This document shows positions 38,568 to 48,328 of a DNA stretch of 64,000 nt, piece after piece. The stretch lies in IMG/VR virus record IMGVR_UViG_3300050821_012144, one strand, 5' to 3'. The stretch comes from an uncultured virus (IMG/VR IMGVR_UViG_3300050821_012144). Lineage: Duplodnaviria; Heunggongvirae; Uroviricota; Caudoviricetes. The notes below the pieces were generated by a model. That model did no database searches. It was not told the origin of the DNA and worked only from the letters and a program-made list of their open reading frames with translations. Both the position numbers and the translations under genes were made by a program. Position 1 is the stretch's first letter, and each line of letters starts with the position of its first letter.

Positions 38568-39719
38568 ATGGCGACTGTACTCAAGAACGTTCTGACGTTC
38601 ACAGGTCTAGCTGTTGGGGTTCCAGCAAGTCTGCCACACCTGCTAAACGTACACGGTGTACCGGTAAAGCCACATCTTGTCCTTCCTCAGGTGGGAGGCT
38701 TCTTTGTCATTGCAGATCAGAACAACGTTACAGTCACTCGTCTAGCTTCTGGCGGGTCCTCGGTAGAGGTCTATGTTGAACATTGGCATACGATTGAGGA
38801 CGCAGAACCGCCGGGCAGTTTAGGAACCCTTACACCGTATATTCTACAACCCGGTAATTCTGGTACAGGGCAGGTAGCTATAAGTGCTGGGACGCAAGTA
38901 GCGCAGACCGGCACAGTAGTCTTTAGCAATAGCAATAACATCTCATTCGGGATGTCCAATAACAGCGTTGTCACAGCTAGTGCTGCGCTCGGAGGTATCG
39001 CAGCAGGTACACAGACAGGTACTGCAGGAACTATTCTTTTCTCGAATGCAAGCGGTGTCTCATTTGGAATGAACAATAGCAGCGTAGTCACAGCTACCGT
39101 TGATGGAATCAAAGCCATTTCCGCTAGCAACGCTGAAGTCTCTAACGGTGCTGTTTTCTTTTCCAATGGTGGCGGAGTTACGTTTGGAATCGTCGGTTCT
39201 ACAATCACAGCGTCCGTGCAAACTGTAGGTGGTACTGCATCTGGTATCGCAATGATTGTAGGCACCGCAACACAGTCAACTGGTGCAGTAGTACTGTCTA
39301 ATAGCAACAACGTCTCGGTTGGCTATAGTGCCTCTACAATAACATTCAGTGCAGCCTTTGGAGGTATCGCCGCAGGGACTCAAACAGGTACAGCGGGCAC
39401 AATAGTATTGAGCAACTCAAATAGTGTCACGTTTGGGATGAGCAACAACAGTGTAATTACAGCCTCGTTTTATCAACCAAGTATCCAAAAAGTAGTCGGC
39501 TATACGGCAACTGGAGGCGAGACCGATTTCAGCGTTACTATGGCAGCCGTTGCCAATACCAATTACGACGTGTTTGCAGGGTTAGCTGGAGTCTCGTTAA
39601 TGCCGATTCTAGATATGCCGTTGGGGACGGCGAATCGCGCATTGACTGCATTCCGTGTTGTTCCCAGCGGTACGCTGAGTACAGGGGATGTCCTACGGTT
39701 CTTTATTTTCGCATCATAA
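38568..39719 (+). CDS. Spike/fibre protein: adaptor, about five shaft repeats, distinct C-terminus
   Basis: Shared adaptor and repeat. Confidence 0.75.
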   Translation: MATVLKNVLTFTGLAVGVPASLPHLLNVHGVPVKPHLVLPQVGGFFVIADQNNVTVTRLASGGSSVEVYVEHWHTIEDAEPPGSLGTLTPYILQPGNSGTGQVAISAGTQVAQTGTVVFSNSNNISFGMSNNSVVTASAALGGIAAGTQTGTAGTILFSNASGVSFGMNNSSVVTATVDGIKAISASNAEVSNGAVFFSNGGGVTFGIVGSTITASVQTVGGTASGIAMIVGTATQSTGAVVLSNSNNVSVGYSASTITFSAAFGGIAAGTQTGTAGTIVLSNSNSVTFGMSNNSVITASFYQPSIQKVVGYTATGGETDFSVTMAAVANTNYDVFAGLAGVSLMPILDMPLGTANRALTAFRVVPSGTLSTGDVLRFFIFAS

Positions 39720-39728
39720 GACAGGATA

Positions 39729-42674
39729 TTGATTATGACAAAACCAGTAACCATTGGACAGCTAAACAACGTCGGCGGAGCGGTATTTCAAATAAGTACA
39801 GCGCTTTCTGCTGCAGCCTCGATTACGCCCGCATCAATCAACGGGGCTGTCAATGACTACAACCCAACAGGATTGGTTACTACTTCTACTATTTACCAGA
39901 ACCTAACCGCTGACGCTACTTTGTCTGGGTTGAACTCGACTGGATTTATTGATGGACAGATTGTCTGGATCACTAATATCTCGACGAGTTTCAATATCAA
40001 TTTAGTACATCAAACCCTTTCTGCTGCTGCAAATCAGTTTACGTTAGCCAATAGTGAATTAACGCCTATCCCGCCAGGCGCAACAATCGGCGTTAAGTAT
40101 TCAACTGCAACCTCCAAATTTATTCCTCTTGGTGCAGCCGTCACCAAGATGCCGTTCTTCAACGTAAGATCATACGGTGCAACTGGTGGGGGTATTGTTG
40201 ATGACACTATTGCGGTAAACAATGCCGGTGCTGCAGCCTTCGCAGCGGGCGGTGGAACTGTCTACTTCCCGAACGGAACCTATCTGGTATCTGAATATCT
40301 AGGGGCTTTCCAAACGATCAAGATGATGACGGGCGTGTCATGGCTTGGACAGAGCCGTGAAGGTGTCGTTATTATAACTGCGGCTAATCAGCGTGCAAGT
40401 GTGCGAGGGTTTAGCAATCAAGCGGGTACTACGATCTCAGATTTTATCATAGAAAATCTGACCTACGACGGCAACAAAATAAATCAATCTATACCTGATA
40501 ATAACCATCGCGACGATGTGTTTTTGAATAACTGTCAACGTGTGACAGTACGCAATGTTGAATTACGTAACGGTACAGGGTCGGGAATCGTGTTCTTCCA
40601 GAACAGTACCGATTGCATAGTCAACAACGTATATATCCACGACAACAAGTGGATGGGGATATCATGGGGCGACGCTGGAACTGATCATCGTTCTAGCGTT
40701 CGAGACTTTTACATCACCAACAATGCAGGCGGATTACACGTCGAATGTAGTCAGTTAGATGGCGAGATCATTATCGACCATGGTTATGTAGACAGTACTC
40801 CTGGGAATTGGGCCGTACAGTTTGCAGGTTCTAATAACGCAAGCGGTATTGACTTTGTCGTTAATGGATGGATGCGAGACGTGTTTGTGAATGGTGGTGT
40901 CTTGGTAAACAATGCGGCTAATATCGTAGTAGATAGCTGTTCAATCAATTGCTCTGATAGTGCAATAACCGAACAGATGCCGATCGAAATTTCAGGTAAT
41001 GTGCAAGATGTATGGTTCTCCCGCTGTCAGGTTATATTAGCTGACACAGCTACATCTCCTCAGGCGGTGCTAATAGCAGGGAATCAGAGTGGACAAGCAA
41101 GTGACAATCTATGTGTGAGTGATTGTTCTATATACGTTAATTCGACTACTGCACACGGTATCGTGATGCAAGCGTCTGGAACTGCCCGTGCTGAACGGAA
41201 TCGCGTATTCGCGATTGGAGCAACAGCGTGGCAGGCTAACACAGTTTATGCAGAATCTGTGTTCTACAATAACGCTACACGCGTTACCAACGGTGGCAAT
41301 GTCTATCAAGTAATTGCAGGTACTAGCGCAGGCGCTGGTGGCCCGACAGGTACTGGCTCTGGCATCGTCGACAACACTGTGGTTTGGAACTACGTTGGCG
41401 CTGGCTCGACCGGCTCGTTATGGGCGCCAAACACAGTCTATGCCCTAGGCACCACATCGACACCTACTGAAGTTCACAACGGAGGTAATGTCTATCAAGT
41501 AGCTCCCGGTACTAGTGCAGGTTCAGGTGGACCGACAGGAACTGGATCATCGATCACTGACAATACTGTTGTATGGGAGTTTGTTGGCGTAGCGTCAACA
41601 ACACAGTACGGTATTTTCTTGGATCTGTCAGTAGCTCGGAACATGGATACTGCAATCATTCGTGGAAATGAGTGTACTGATTTCAATATAGGTGTTGCTA
41701 CGGCATCTGTTGGAGGTGGCACACTGTGCAACTACGCCGACATAAGCGCGAATACTTTCCATGCTGTCACCGCTGGAGTGATGACAGCGTGCATATCTTG
41801 GGAGATTGATGGCCGGACATCGGTAACTATACCTGTTGCTGTTGATAATGTATGCTCAGACAGCACGATCCCAATGTTTGGCGGTGGCGTATCGACAAAC
41901 TTTGGGTACCCTCATGCGCCCTTACAAATTGGAGGTAACGGCAACGACATCGCAATATACTCTTATGCGTCAGCTCCAGCCGTCGCCGCTCCAATCGGAT
42001 CAGTTGCTATTGTCCGAGGTGCTGGGACTGCTTTTATCAACCAAACCGGTCTATCAGGCGGCTGGCAGCAGCTTCTGACAACAACTGCAGGTATTGGACA
42101 GGTTCTTGGTCAAGGCCCGTACTCGTCCAATTGGCAGCACGGTAGATGGTATGCTGCACCTAACTTTGGAAGTGTCTCTACTAGCATCACCCTTAATAAC
42201 GGTGCACTGAGGGCTACACCTTTTTGGGTACCTAATGCTGTAACCGTTCAGGCTATAGCTTGCGAGGTCACTACGGGGGGTGGTGCAGGGGCGCTTTATC
42301 GCGCCGGCATTTATGCCGATGACGGAACGGGACGCCCGGGCGCATTGTTACTAGACGCGGGTACATTTAGTGTAGCCGCTGGAGATCCTGGAGTACCGGG
42401 TGTATTGACGATTACTGGACTTAGTACAGCATTAACACCAGGCGTATACTGGATAGCAGGTGTCGTGCAGGGCAATCCTGCACCTCAGCCAACCTTGCGA
42501 ACAATCGCCCCCGCAGGTATCATGCCCAATATTGATTTTGGTACATCGACTCCTACGGCAGCCGAGATTACTGCAGGTGTAAATGCAACGGGAAGCCAAA
42601 CCGGCGCTTTACCCAACCCATTCGTCTACTCATCCGTATCATCAGCAGCACCGCGAATCTACATTCAAGTCTAA
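39729..42674 (+). CDS. Large spike with pectate-lyase-like beta-helix; candidate depolymerase or receptor-binding protein
   Basis: NVRSYGATG...DDTIA...GGGTVYFPNGTYLVS; two W..NTVY...NGGNVYQV...GGPTGTG repeats; LTPGVYW head. Confidence 0.8.
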   Translation: MIMTKPVTIGQLNNVGGAVFQISTALSAAASITPASINGAVNDYNPTGLVTTSTIYQNLTADATLSGLNSTGFIDGQIVWITNISTSFNINLVHQTLSAAANQFTLANSELTPIPPGATIGVKYSTATSKFIPLGAAVTKMPFFNVRSYGATGGGIVDDTIAVNNAGAAAFAAGGGTVYFPNGTYLVSEYLGAFQTIKMMTGVSWLGQSREGVVIITAANQRASVRGFSNQAGTTISDFIIENLTYDGNKINQSIPDNNHRDDVFLNNCQRVTVRNVELRNGTGSGIVFFQNSTDCIVNNVYIHDNKWMGISWGDAGTDHRSSVRDFYITNNAGGLHVECSQLDGEIIIDHGYVDSTPGNWAVQFAGSNNASGIDFVVNGWMRDVFVNGGVLVNNAANIVVDSCSINCSDSAITEQMPIEISGNVQDVWFSRCQVILADTATSPQAVLIAGNQSGQASDNLCVSDCSIYVNSTTAHGIVMQASGTARAERNRVFAIGATAWQANTVYAESVFYNNATRVTNGGNVYQVIAGTSAGAGGPTGTGSGIVDNTVVWNYVGAGSTGSLWAPNTVYALGTTSTPTEVHNGGNVYQVAPGTSAGSGGPTGTGSSITDNTVVWEFVGVASTTQYGIFLDLSVARNMDTAIIRGNECTDFNIGVATASVGGGTLCNYADISANTFHAVTAGVMTACISWEIDGRTSVTIPVAVDNVCSDSTIPMFGGGVSTNFGYPHAPLQIGGNGNDIAIYSYASAPAVAAPIGSVAIVRGAGTAFINQTGLSGGWQQLLTTTAGIGQVLGQGPYSSNWQHGRWYAAPNFGSVSTSITLNNGALRATPFWVPNAVTVQAIACEVTTGGGAGALYRAGIYADDGTGRPGALLLDAGTFSVAAGDPGVPGVLTITGLSTALTPGVYWIAGVVQGNPAPQPTLRTIAPAGIMPNIDFGTSTPTAAEITAGVNATGSQTGALPNPFVYSSVSSAAPRIYIQV

Positions 42675-42677
42675 ATC

Positions 42678-44237
42678 TTAGACTGTCTGACCAAAGTAAT
42701 ATATCGGCGCACGCCTATCGTTAGCACCTGTGCCGATAATATCGGAAAAGGCTATAGAAGAAGGCATTGCGCCGGTCGTTAAGCTGTAGTGGCCTAGGCC
42801 CAATACTTCCTGAACACTTGCCGAAGTTACGTTGCCCAGCACGCCTACAAAGTTAGTAGACGGCTGGCTGCCTAGAATATTTTCTAGCGCGTTAACGTTC
42901 TGACTCGAAAATGTTGTACTGGACAGTAGTCCAATATAGTAATCGCCGCGGTTAAGTGTACTTGTCCATGCCACAGTCACAACACGTTCACTGGCGTACA
43001 AACTGTTGTTAATATTGCCCGAGTGATTGATTGACCCGTTAAATGATGTCGACATTACTAGTGACATTGATGAGATGCTCTTGGTATACACGCCTACTTG
43101 GAAAGTATAGCTAATCGTAGCTGTTGAGTTAGATGTACCAGACCAGAGCACACGTTGTGCGAACAATGAAAATGCTACTGGTTCCGCAGTTATAGCGTGC
43201 AGTACCAATGAATTCTGGCCGTTTTGTGTTGTAAGTTGCAGGGGCCATTGACCTGCTGGATAGAGGAACGAGTGCGTGAAATCGCTCGCACTTGCTGTAA
43301 CAGTGTTGCCATTCATGCCGAACGAAATGTTGTTGCTGTTGCTGAATACAACTGTACCGCTTGAAGCAGAGGCACCGGCCGCACTGATAGCGGCAGGACC
43401 TACCATACTGATTGATAAGGTTGCTAGTGATCCGGCTGCTGTACTCTGGCTCAATGTCACCCCGCCCGCGCCTGCAAATACGTAAGTTCCTTGTGTCGTG
43501 CCGGTATTACCTGCCGTATTGCCTATGTTGCTGACGCCGATCGCTGTAACGCCAGGCTGAACCGTCTGGGAGAAGCTAGCAGTAATAACACTGCTGTTGC
43601 TCATGCCAAATGAGATATTGTTGGAATTGCTAAATACGACTGTCCCGGACGTCGCCGTTTGTGTACCAGCTGCTAACCCGCCAGGAGAGGTAGATTGAGA
43701 ATAGCTCCCAGTGATTTGGGTGCTTCCGCTCATTCCAAACGTAAGCCCGTTGGAATTTGCAAATACCACAGTCCCGCTTGTAGCTGTCTGCGTCCCTGCT
43801 GCAAGAGCGCTCGGCGCAGTCGATTGTGAGTAGCTAGCAGTTATGATGCTGCTGTTGCTCATTCCAAACGTCAAGCCGTTGCTATTTGAAAATACAACTG
43901 TACCGCTTGTAGCCGTCTGAGTCCCAGCCGCGATAGCACCAGGCGCTGTCGATTGTGAAGCGGTTGCTGAGGCAGTAATTGTACTGCCTGCCATTCCGAA
44001 CGATACGTTGTTGCTATTGGAAAATACCAGTGTACCGGCTGATACGCTGTTACCGTTAGCACTAACAGCTAAGTCAGTATCACCTCCGCCTCCAATAACG
44101 CTAGCAGTGACCGTATTACCGCTGACGCCAAAACTTACACCATTGGAGTTACTAAAAACAACTTGCGGCCCTGTAGCATTAGTTGTCCCTGCCGAGATCG
44201 ACAGAATCGCAGGATTACAGCTAGGTGGTAGTGCCAT
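42678..44237 (-). CDS. Spike/fibre protein with multiple shaft repeats and a diverged head
   Basis: Same repeat family; LNRGDYYI head. Confidence 0.75.
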   Translation of the reverse strand: MALPPSCNPAILSISAGTTNATGPQVVFSNSNGVSFGVSGNTVTASVIGGGGDTDLAVSANGNSVSAGTLVFSNSNNVSFGMAGSTITASATASQSTAPGAIAAGTQTATSGTVVFSNSNGLTFGMSNSSIITASYSQSTAPSALAAGTQTATSGTVVFANSNGLTFGMSGSTQITGSYSQSTSPGGLAAGTQTATSGTVVFSNSNNISFGMSNSSVITASFSQTVQPGVTAIGVSNIGNTAGNTGTTQGTYVFAGAGGVTLSQSTAAGSLATLSISMVGPAAISAAGASASSGTVVFSNSNNISFGMNGNTVTASASDFTHSFLYPAGQWPLQLTTQNGQNSLVLHAITAEPVAFSLFAQRVLWSGTSNSTATISYTFQVGVYTKSISSMSLVMSTSFNGSINHSGNINNSLYASERVVTVAWTSTLNRGDYYIGLLSSTTFSSQNVNALENILGSQPSTNFVGVLGNVTSASVQEVLGLGHYSLTTGAMPSSIAFSDIIGTGANDRRAPIYYFGQTV

Positions 44238-44249
44238 TGGATTACACCT

Positions 44250-45239
44250 TTAGCCAATATCTTGGGCGGAGATTATGAAATTGCCAATACCGCTACCTCC
44301 ACCGCCAGCTGGTGCAGGTTCCATGTATATCAATAAGAATGTTATGCCACTAGGGATATCGCTTGAACAAATAGTCATGTTCTGTGATGCAGATCCAGCT
44401 ATTGTCGTAGTCGGGAAGAGAGGGATTTCTATGTTCCCTGCAGCAGGATTATTTCCAAGATAGACCATGCCTGTCAGTCTTACCGTGAATGACGTACCAC
44501 TGACGCTCTGAACACTAACCACAATTTGCGTCCTACCGCTTATAGGCAGAATACGGATCAGTTTCTCAGTCGTATTACCAGAAACGTCTTCAGAGAAGCC
44601 CCAAATTGCAGGGGCACGAATAGTTGGTGGTAGGGGCGCCTTGCTACTTGTATACATTAGCAATCGTAACTGCGGTATCTGAAATATGTTCTTGGCTGCA
44701 GGCGGAAATGGAAAACCGCCTAGGAACACGCCAGAATTAGTTCCGAATGCTAATGACGAACCAGTAGTTGTCTGAACATACGTATCACCGAAAAAGGTCG
44801 ACGGATGTGCCCGAATCACTAATGGGCCTACTTGCTGTCCAATTAGAGGACTATTGATACTTAACACCTGTTCCGTTTCTAGGATGCCGCCATTCTGAAC
44901 AAAACCCGTGGCAAATGTACTACCGGGTAATGGTGGCGGGACAGTTAAACTCGGTGCTGCTTGGGGTTGGCTAATGTAGTTGATTATGCAACGATCTATA
45001 TCGGATCGTGGAGCGATAGCTAATGCATACATGCCTTGAGGGGGCGGGAAACTGTACGCACTCAGGTTTTGAGTAATAGCTAGAGTTACCTGGTTGCCCG
45101 GTAATGAGGGGTAAATAATCGACCCATTGTTTGGCTCAGCAGCAGTACCAAGATTACCCCAATTGGTCAGAATCAATTCATATATGCCTGCACCAACCTG
45201 GACGGCACTAGTAAGTGTGAGGGGATTGATATTAGCCAT
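44250..45239 (-). CDS. Beta-rich putative structural protein
   Basis: 329 aa, co-oriented with the fibre gene, downstream of a palindrome-linked promoter. Confidence 0.6.
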   Translation of the reverse strand: MANINPLTLTSAVQVGAGIYELILTNWGNLGTAAEPNNGSIIYPSLPGNQVTLAITQNLSAYSFPPPQGMYALAIAPRSDIDRCIINYISQPQAAPSLTVPPPLPGSTFATGFVQNGGILETEQVLSINSPLIGQQVGPLVIRAHPSTFFGDTYVQTTTGSSLAFGTNSGVFLGGFPFPPAAKNIFQIPQLRLLMYTSSKAPLPPTIRAPAIWGFSEDVSGNTTEKLIRILPISGRTQIVVSVQSVSGTSFTVRLTGMVYLGNNPAAGNIEIPLFPTTTIAGSASQNMTICSSDIPSGITFLLIYMEPAPAGGGGSGIGNFIISAQDIG

Positions 45240-45300
45240 CGGGGTTGAGACCTCGGGATAGGGGAAGGAGGCGTATCTAGAATAGCATACTTAACCTTGT

Positions 45301-45316
45301 GATCGCTGTAGCGATC
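45301..45316. promoter_or_regulatory. 16-bp palindrome GATCGC-TGTA-GCGATC between divergent promoters
   Basis: 13 nt from TGcTATTCT (minus) and 11 nt from TGtTATCAT (plus). Confidence 0.85.
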
Positions 45317-45343
45317 CTTGCTATCCGTGTTATCATATTTGCT

Positions 45344-45445
45344 ATGACAACGCCTGCATTTAACAAAAATTGCTGTGTGCGGAGGCCATCTCAGCCTCAG
45401 CCACGTCCAGTTCAACGTCCATCCGGTTCAGCAGTCAAGAAATAA
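45344..45445 (+). CDS. 33-aa peptide; not in ORF track
   Basis: ATG 7 nt after TGtTATCAT; MTTPAFNKNCCVRRPSQPQPRPVQRPSGSAVKK. Confidence 0.4.
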   Translation: MTTPAFNKNCCVRRPSQPQPRPVQRPSGSAVKK

Positions 45446-45460
45446 CGAAGGGAAAATCAA

Positions 45461-45604
45461 ATGGTAAAGCATCGTAGTGCAGCTCAACGCGCGTGGCAGA
45501 CCAAATTCGGCCGCGCGGCCAAAATGTGTAAGGGTCGCAGTAAGCGGGCTCGTGCTTCGTGCATGAGTGCTGCGCTTGGTGGGCGTTCGCGTCGTCGGCG
45601 TTAA
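45461..45604 (+). CDS. 47-aa protamine-like protein; not in ORF track
   Basis: MVKHRSAAQRAWQTKFGRAAKMCKGRSKRARASCMSAALGGRSRRRR; RBS; paralog of the next gene. Confidence 0.7.
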   Translation: MVKHRSAAQRAWQTKFGRAAKMCKGRSKRARASCMSAALGGRSRRRR

Positions 45605-45639
45605 TTTTCTCAACCTTCAAAATCAGGAGCAAAGCCAAA

Positions 45640-45786
45640 ATGGCCAAACGTCGTCGTAAGTCCCGTCGTGCTGCAAGTCCAGCTCAGAAACGTGCTAGGG
45701 CACGGTTCAAGGCTGCAGCTAAAATTTGCAAGCACCGAAGAAGCGGCAAATATATTACCTGCATGCGCAAACAGCTTCGCAAGTAG
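45640..45786 (+). CDS. 48-aa protamine-like protein
   Basis: AGGAG RBS; S.AQ....F..AAK.CK...CM...L shared with the previous gene. Confidence 0.75.
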   Translation: MAKRRRKSRRAASPAQKRARARFKAAAKICKHRRSGKYITCMRKQLRK

Positions 45787-45822
45787 ATAATTCGGTTAAA
45801 CCCTCAACCTAAGGTCGGTTAA

Positions 45823-46029
45823 GTGTGGGAAATTATTCAAAATTTAATCGAGCGGTGGGGGTTCCCGACGGGATTTGGTGTATGGCTGATGTGGATGTTC
45901 TCAAGGGAATTGATGGAGATGCGCAAGATGATGCATAAACTCGTTACGTTTAATGCTGTGATCTTGCGTATTCTTGAAGCGCCTGAATCGGCTCTTCCTG
46001 ACAAAACTTCCAACAAGGAAGATGCATAA
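45823..46029 (+). CDS. Small membrane protein, holin-like
   Basis: IERWGFPTGFGVWLMW TM then amphipathic helix. Confidence 0.5.
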   Translation: MWEIIQNLIERWGFPTGFGVWLMWMFSRELMEMRKMMHKLVTFNAVILRILEAPESALPDKTSNKEDA

Positions 46030-46030
46030 G

Positions 46031-46357
46031 ATGCATACATCATTCATAATCTCGATGGGGTTGTTCTGTATGATCATCGTCGTTGCCTCGATTTGGCAAC
46101 GTTGGTGGTGGCGCAAGAACCATCATCAAACTGCCGAGTTTGATCACATGCTCACTGAACAAGCGCTGGCTATTCAAGCACACCATCAACGCCGTTATGG
46201 TCAACCGTCTGATGTCATACAGACACTAGTGAACACGTCAAATGGGTTAGCTAAGAACGGTGTCAAAAACGGCGTTCACGGGAAAACTTCTCGAAGCGAC
46301 GCAACGCAACCTGATAGTCCTATAGCGCTCAGGTCAATCGGCAAAGGAGTTCGATAA
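46031..46357 (+). CDS. N-terminal TM protein
   Basis: FIISMGLFCMIIVVASIW; coupled to neighbours. Confidence 0.55.
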   Translation: MHTSFIISMGLFCMIIVVASIWQRWWWRKNHHQTAEFDHMLTEQALAIQAHHQRRYGQPSDVIQTLVNTSNGLAKNGVKNGVHGKTSRSDATQPDSPIALRSIGKGVR

Positions 46358-46863
46358 TGTTGGCAGCAGCACGTATTCTTGGAGATGGATCCGATGGTAA
46401 TTACGATTCCGAAAATTGGCCATCTTCTAACGGATATAGCCACCGTCGTGGCCATTGGGGCCATAGATTAGCTGCTGTCGGTGTACCTGCTGCAATTATC
46501 GGCGGTGCGCTTACAACGCTGACATTTGGGGTCGCATTCAAGCTAGCCAAGACCGAACGTGCATGGACGCCTGCACTGTTTCTAGGCGGTATTACGGCGC
46601 TCGCAGGGCTTGTTAAGCTTGCTCACTGTGCTAACAACTATGGGCAGGCCGACGGTATAGCTGTACAGGCTGCAGCGCCAGGTATGACGGTTGTAACCAC
46701 GCCAGATAGTGCAGCTACTGCTTATAATACGCCTGCCACACCGGTAGCCGTTGTAACTACGCCCATTGCACCAGATGATAACTATGACGATGGATCAGGT
46801 GACTCGTCAGGTGACTCGTCTGGTGATGGTTCGTTCGGTCGAGTATTAGCCTATTGGCGATAG
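46357..46863 (+). CDS. Two-TM membrane protein with ILG-D and SFG-R tags
   Basis: Two hydrophobic helices; acidic Gly/Ser tail. Confidence 0.7.
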   Translation: MLAAARILGDGSDGNYDSENWPSSNGYSHRRGHWGHRLAAVGVPAAIIGGALTTLTFGVAFKLAKTERAWTPALFLGGITALAGLVKLAHCANNYGQADGIAVQAAAPGMTVVTTPDSAATAYNTPATPVAVVTTPIAPDDNYDDGSGDSSGDSSGDGSFGRVLAYWR

Positions 46864-46869
46864 AACGTC

Positions 46870-47664
46870 ATGATGCGACGCAAGTCTTTAGGCGCTGCTA
46901 TGTCCAAGGCTAAAGCTGAGGAACATATCGAGGATTTGCTGAGTCAATATGATCCTGATGATTCTGAAGCAGCTCAAGCATTGTCGACCGCCGAGGATCT
47001 TGCTGAAGAACAGCACCTGATTCAGTACCTGATTTTGTTTGATATGGCTAGAGCATTGGACGTTGATCCGACAGACTTGGATATCGAAGAATCAGACTCC
47101 GACGACGGCTATGAAATAAAGCTAGGACGCAAAGAATATCGTGCGTTCGAAAAAAAAGAGACCGCTGAAGAAATGGCGCGTGATCAAGTTCGAGAAACCT
47201 TGAACAATGAGCCTGAGATTTTCAATCAAGACTTCATTGCGCGACATATCAACATAGCTAAATTACGGGAGTGGGTCAAAGACGCTGAGATGGAAGATGA
47301 ATATTGGAACGAAATTGCTAAGGATGATCCGGAACGTTTTTGGGAAGACGCCAAGCGATGGGATATAGACATCCCTGAACCCGACGAAGAAACTGGGGCC
47401 ATGCCGTCGGCGGTCGCCGACAAGTATATTGAAGAAATTAAAGAAAAGACAGCTGAAGAACGTTCGCAAGACCCAATGCAGTGGTTGAACGATTTGGGCT
47501 ATGAAAATCCAACGGAGAAGGCTATTGAAATTGCTGGGATTGATATCGAACAGGCCGTAAACGAAGCTATTTCAAGCGATGGGTGGGCACGTTTTACCAA
47601 TAGCTACGACGGGGACTCCCACGAAACACCTAGACATCACTATGTCTATTGGCGTACAAACTAG
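46870..47664 (+). CDS. Highly acidic protein with basic leader MMRRKSLG
   Basis: 264 aa, Asp/Glu-rich body. Confidence 0.75.
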   Translation: MMRRKSLGAAMSKAKAEEHIEDLLSQYDPDDSEAAQALSTAEDLAEEQHLIQYLILFDMARALDVDPTDLDIEESDSDDGYEIKLGRKEYRAFEKKETAEEMARDQVRETLNNEPEIFNQDFIARHINIAKLREWVKDAEMEDEYWNEIAKDDPERFWEDAKRWDIDIPEPDEETGAMPSAVADKYIEEIKEKTAEERSQDPMQWLNDLGYENPTEKAIEIAGIDIEQAVNEAISSDGWARFTNSYDGDSHETPRHHYVYWRTN

Positions 47665-47666
47665 GC

Positions 47667-47885
47667 ATGAAATCAACTATTGTCAGTAAGCGTGTGATTA
47701 AAGAGACGCCGAACGGCTCCACGATTATTGAATATACGTTGACTGATGAAGCGCGTCAAGGATTGACGGTAAAACGGCCCGGGCGTGTACAAGTCTACAA
47801 GCGTACGCGATTCGATATGATGATGGACGTAATTGTATTAGCGACACTGATAGTAGTCGCGGCAGCGTCAGTGGCATTCTGCTGA
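47667..47885 (+). CDS. Small C-terminal TM protein
   Basis: VIVLATLIVVAAASVAFC end. Confidence 0.45.
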   Translation: MKSTIVSKRVIKETPNGSTIIEYTLTDEARQGLTVKRPGRVQVYKRTRFDMMMDVIVLATLIVVAAASVAFC

Positions 47886-47890
47886 ACGGC

Positions 47891-48235
47891 TTAAAAGGCT
47901 GAGTTCGGGTATCGCATCTCTCGGGCGGCAATATTCAATAGCCAAATTACTTGGCTATCTGGGACGGCACCGTCGACGCGAATCATACCTGCTGGCTTGC
48001 GTAGTACAAACGTAGCAGGAACGCCTTGAACGTTGAGTCGATTGGCCAGAGACTCAAATTTAGGGTCGTTGGCATCAGCCATAACGATCGGTACTAGATC
48101 GGCGTATGGAGCAGCTAATTTCTGGAATCGCGGTTTGAAATCTATACAAAAATGACACCCTTTTAGGGTAAACATTACAACTACGACAGGCGATTGATCG
48201 AGTACTTGCTCGCTAGGCATACGGAACTGCGCCAC
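47891..48235 (-). CDS. Thioredoxin-like protein
   Basis: VVVMF...GCHFC..FKP.F, NVQGVPATF. Confidence 0.8.
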   Translation of the reverse strand: MAQFRMPSEQVLDQSPVVVVMFTLKGCHFCIDFKPRFQKLAAPYADLVPIVMADANDPKFESLANRLNVQGVPATFVLRKPAGMIRVDGAVPDSQVIWLLNIAAREMRYPNSAF

Positions 48236-48272
48236 ACATCTATATTACCTCAAAGTGAGGCATAAAGGCAAT

Positions 48273-48288
48273 GATCGCTATCGCGATC
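48273..48288. promoter_or_regulatory. 16-bp palindrome GATCGC-TATC-GCGATC between divergent promoters
   Basis: 22 nt from AGgTAATAT (minus) and 25 nt from TGgTTTAAT (plus). Confidence 0.8.
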
Positions 48289-48328
48289 ATTACTTGTAAG
48301 CTATCGTCAATCATGGTTTAATTGATGT

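Noticed and set aside
30115..44237. Diversity-generating retroelement acting on fibre heads
   Set aside because: No reverse transcriptase seen; repeat copies differ at synonymous positions of all bases, not specifically at adenines
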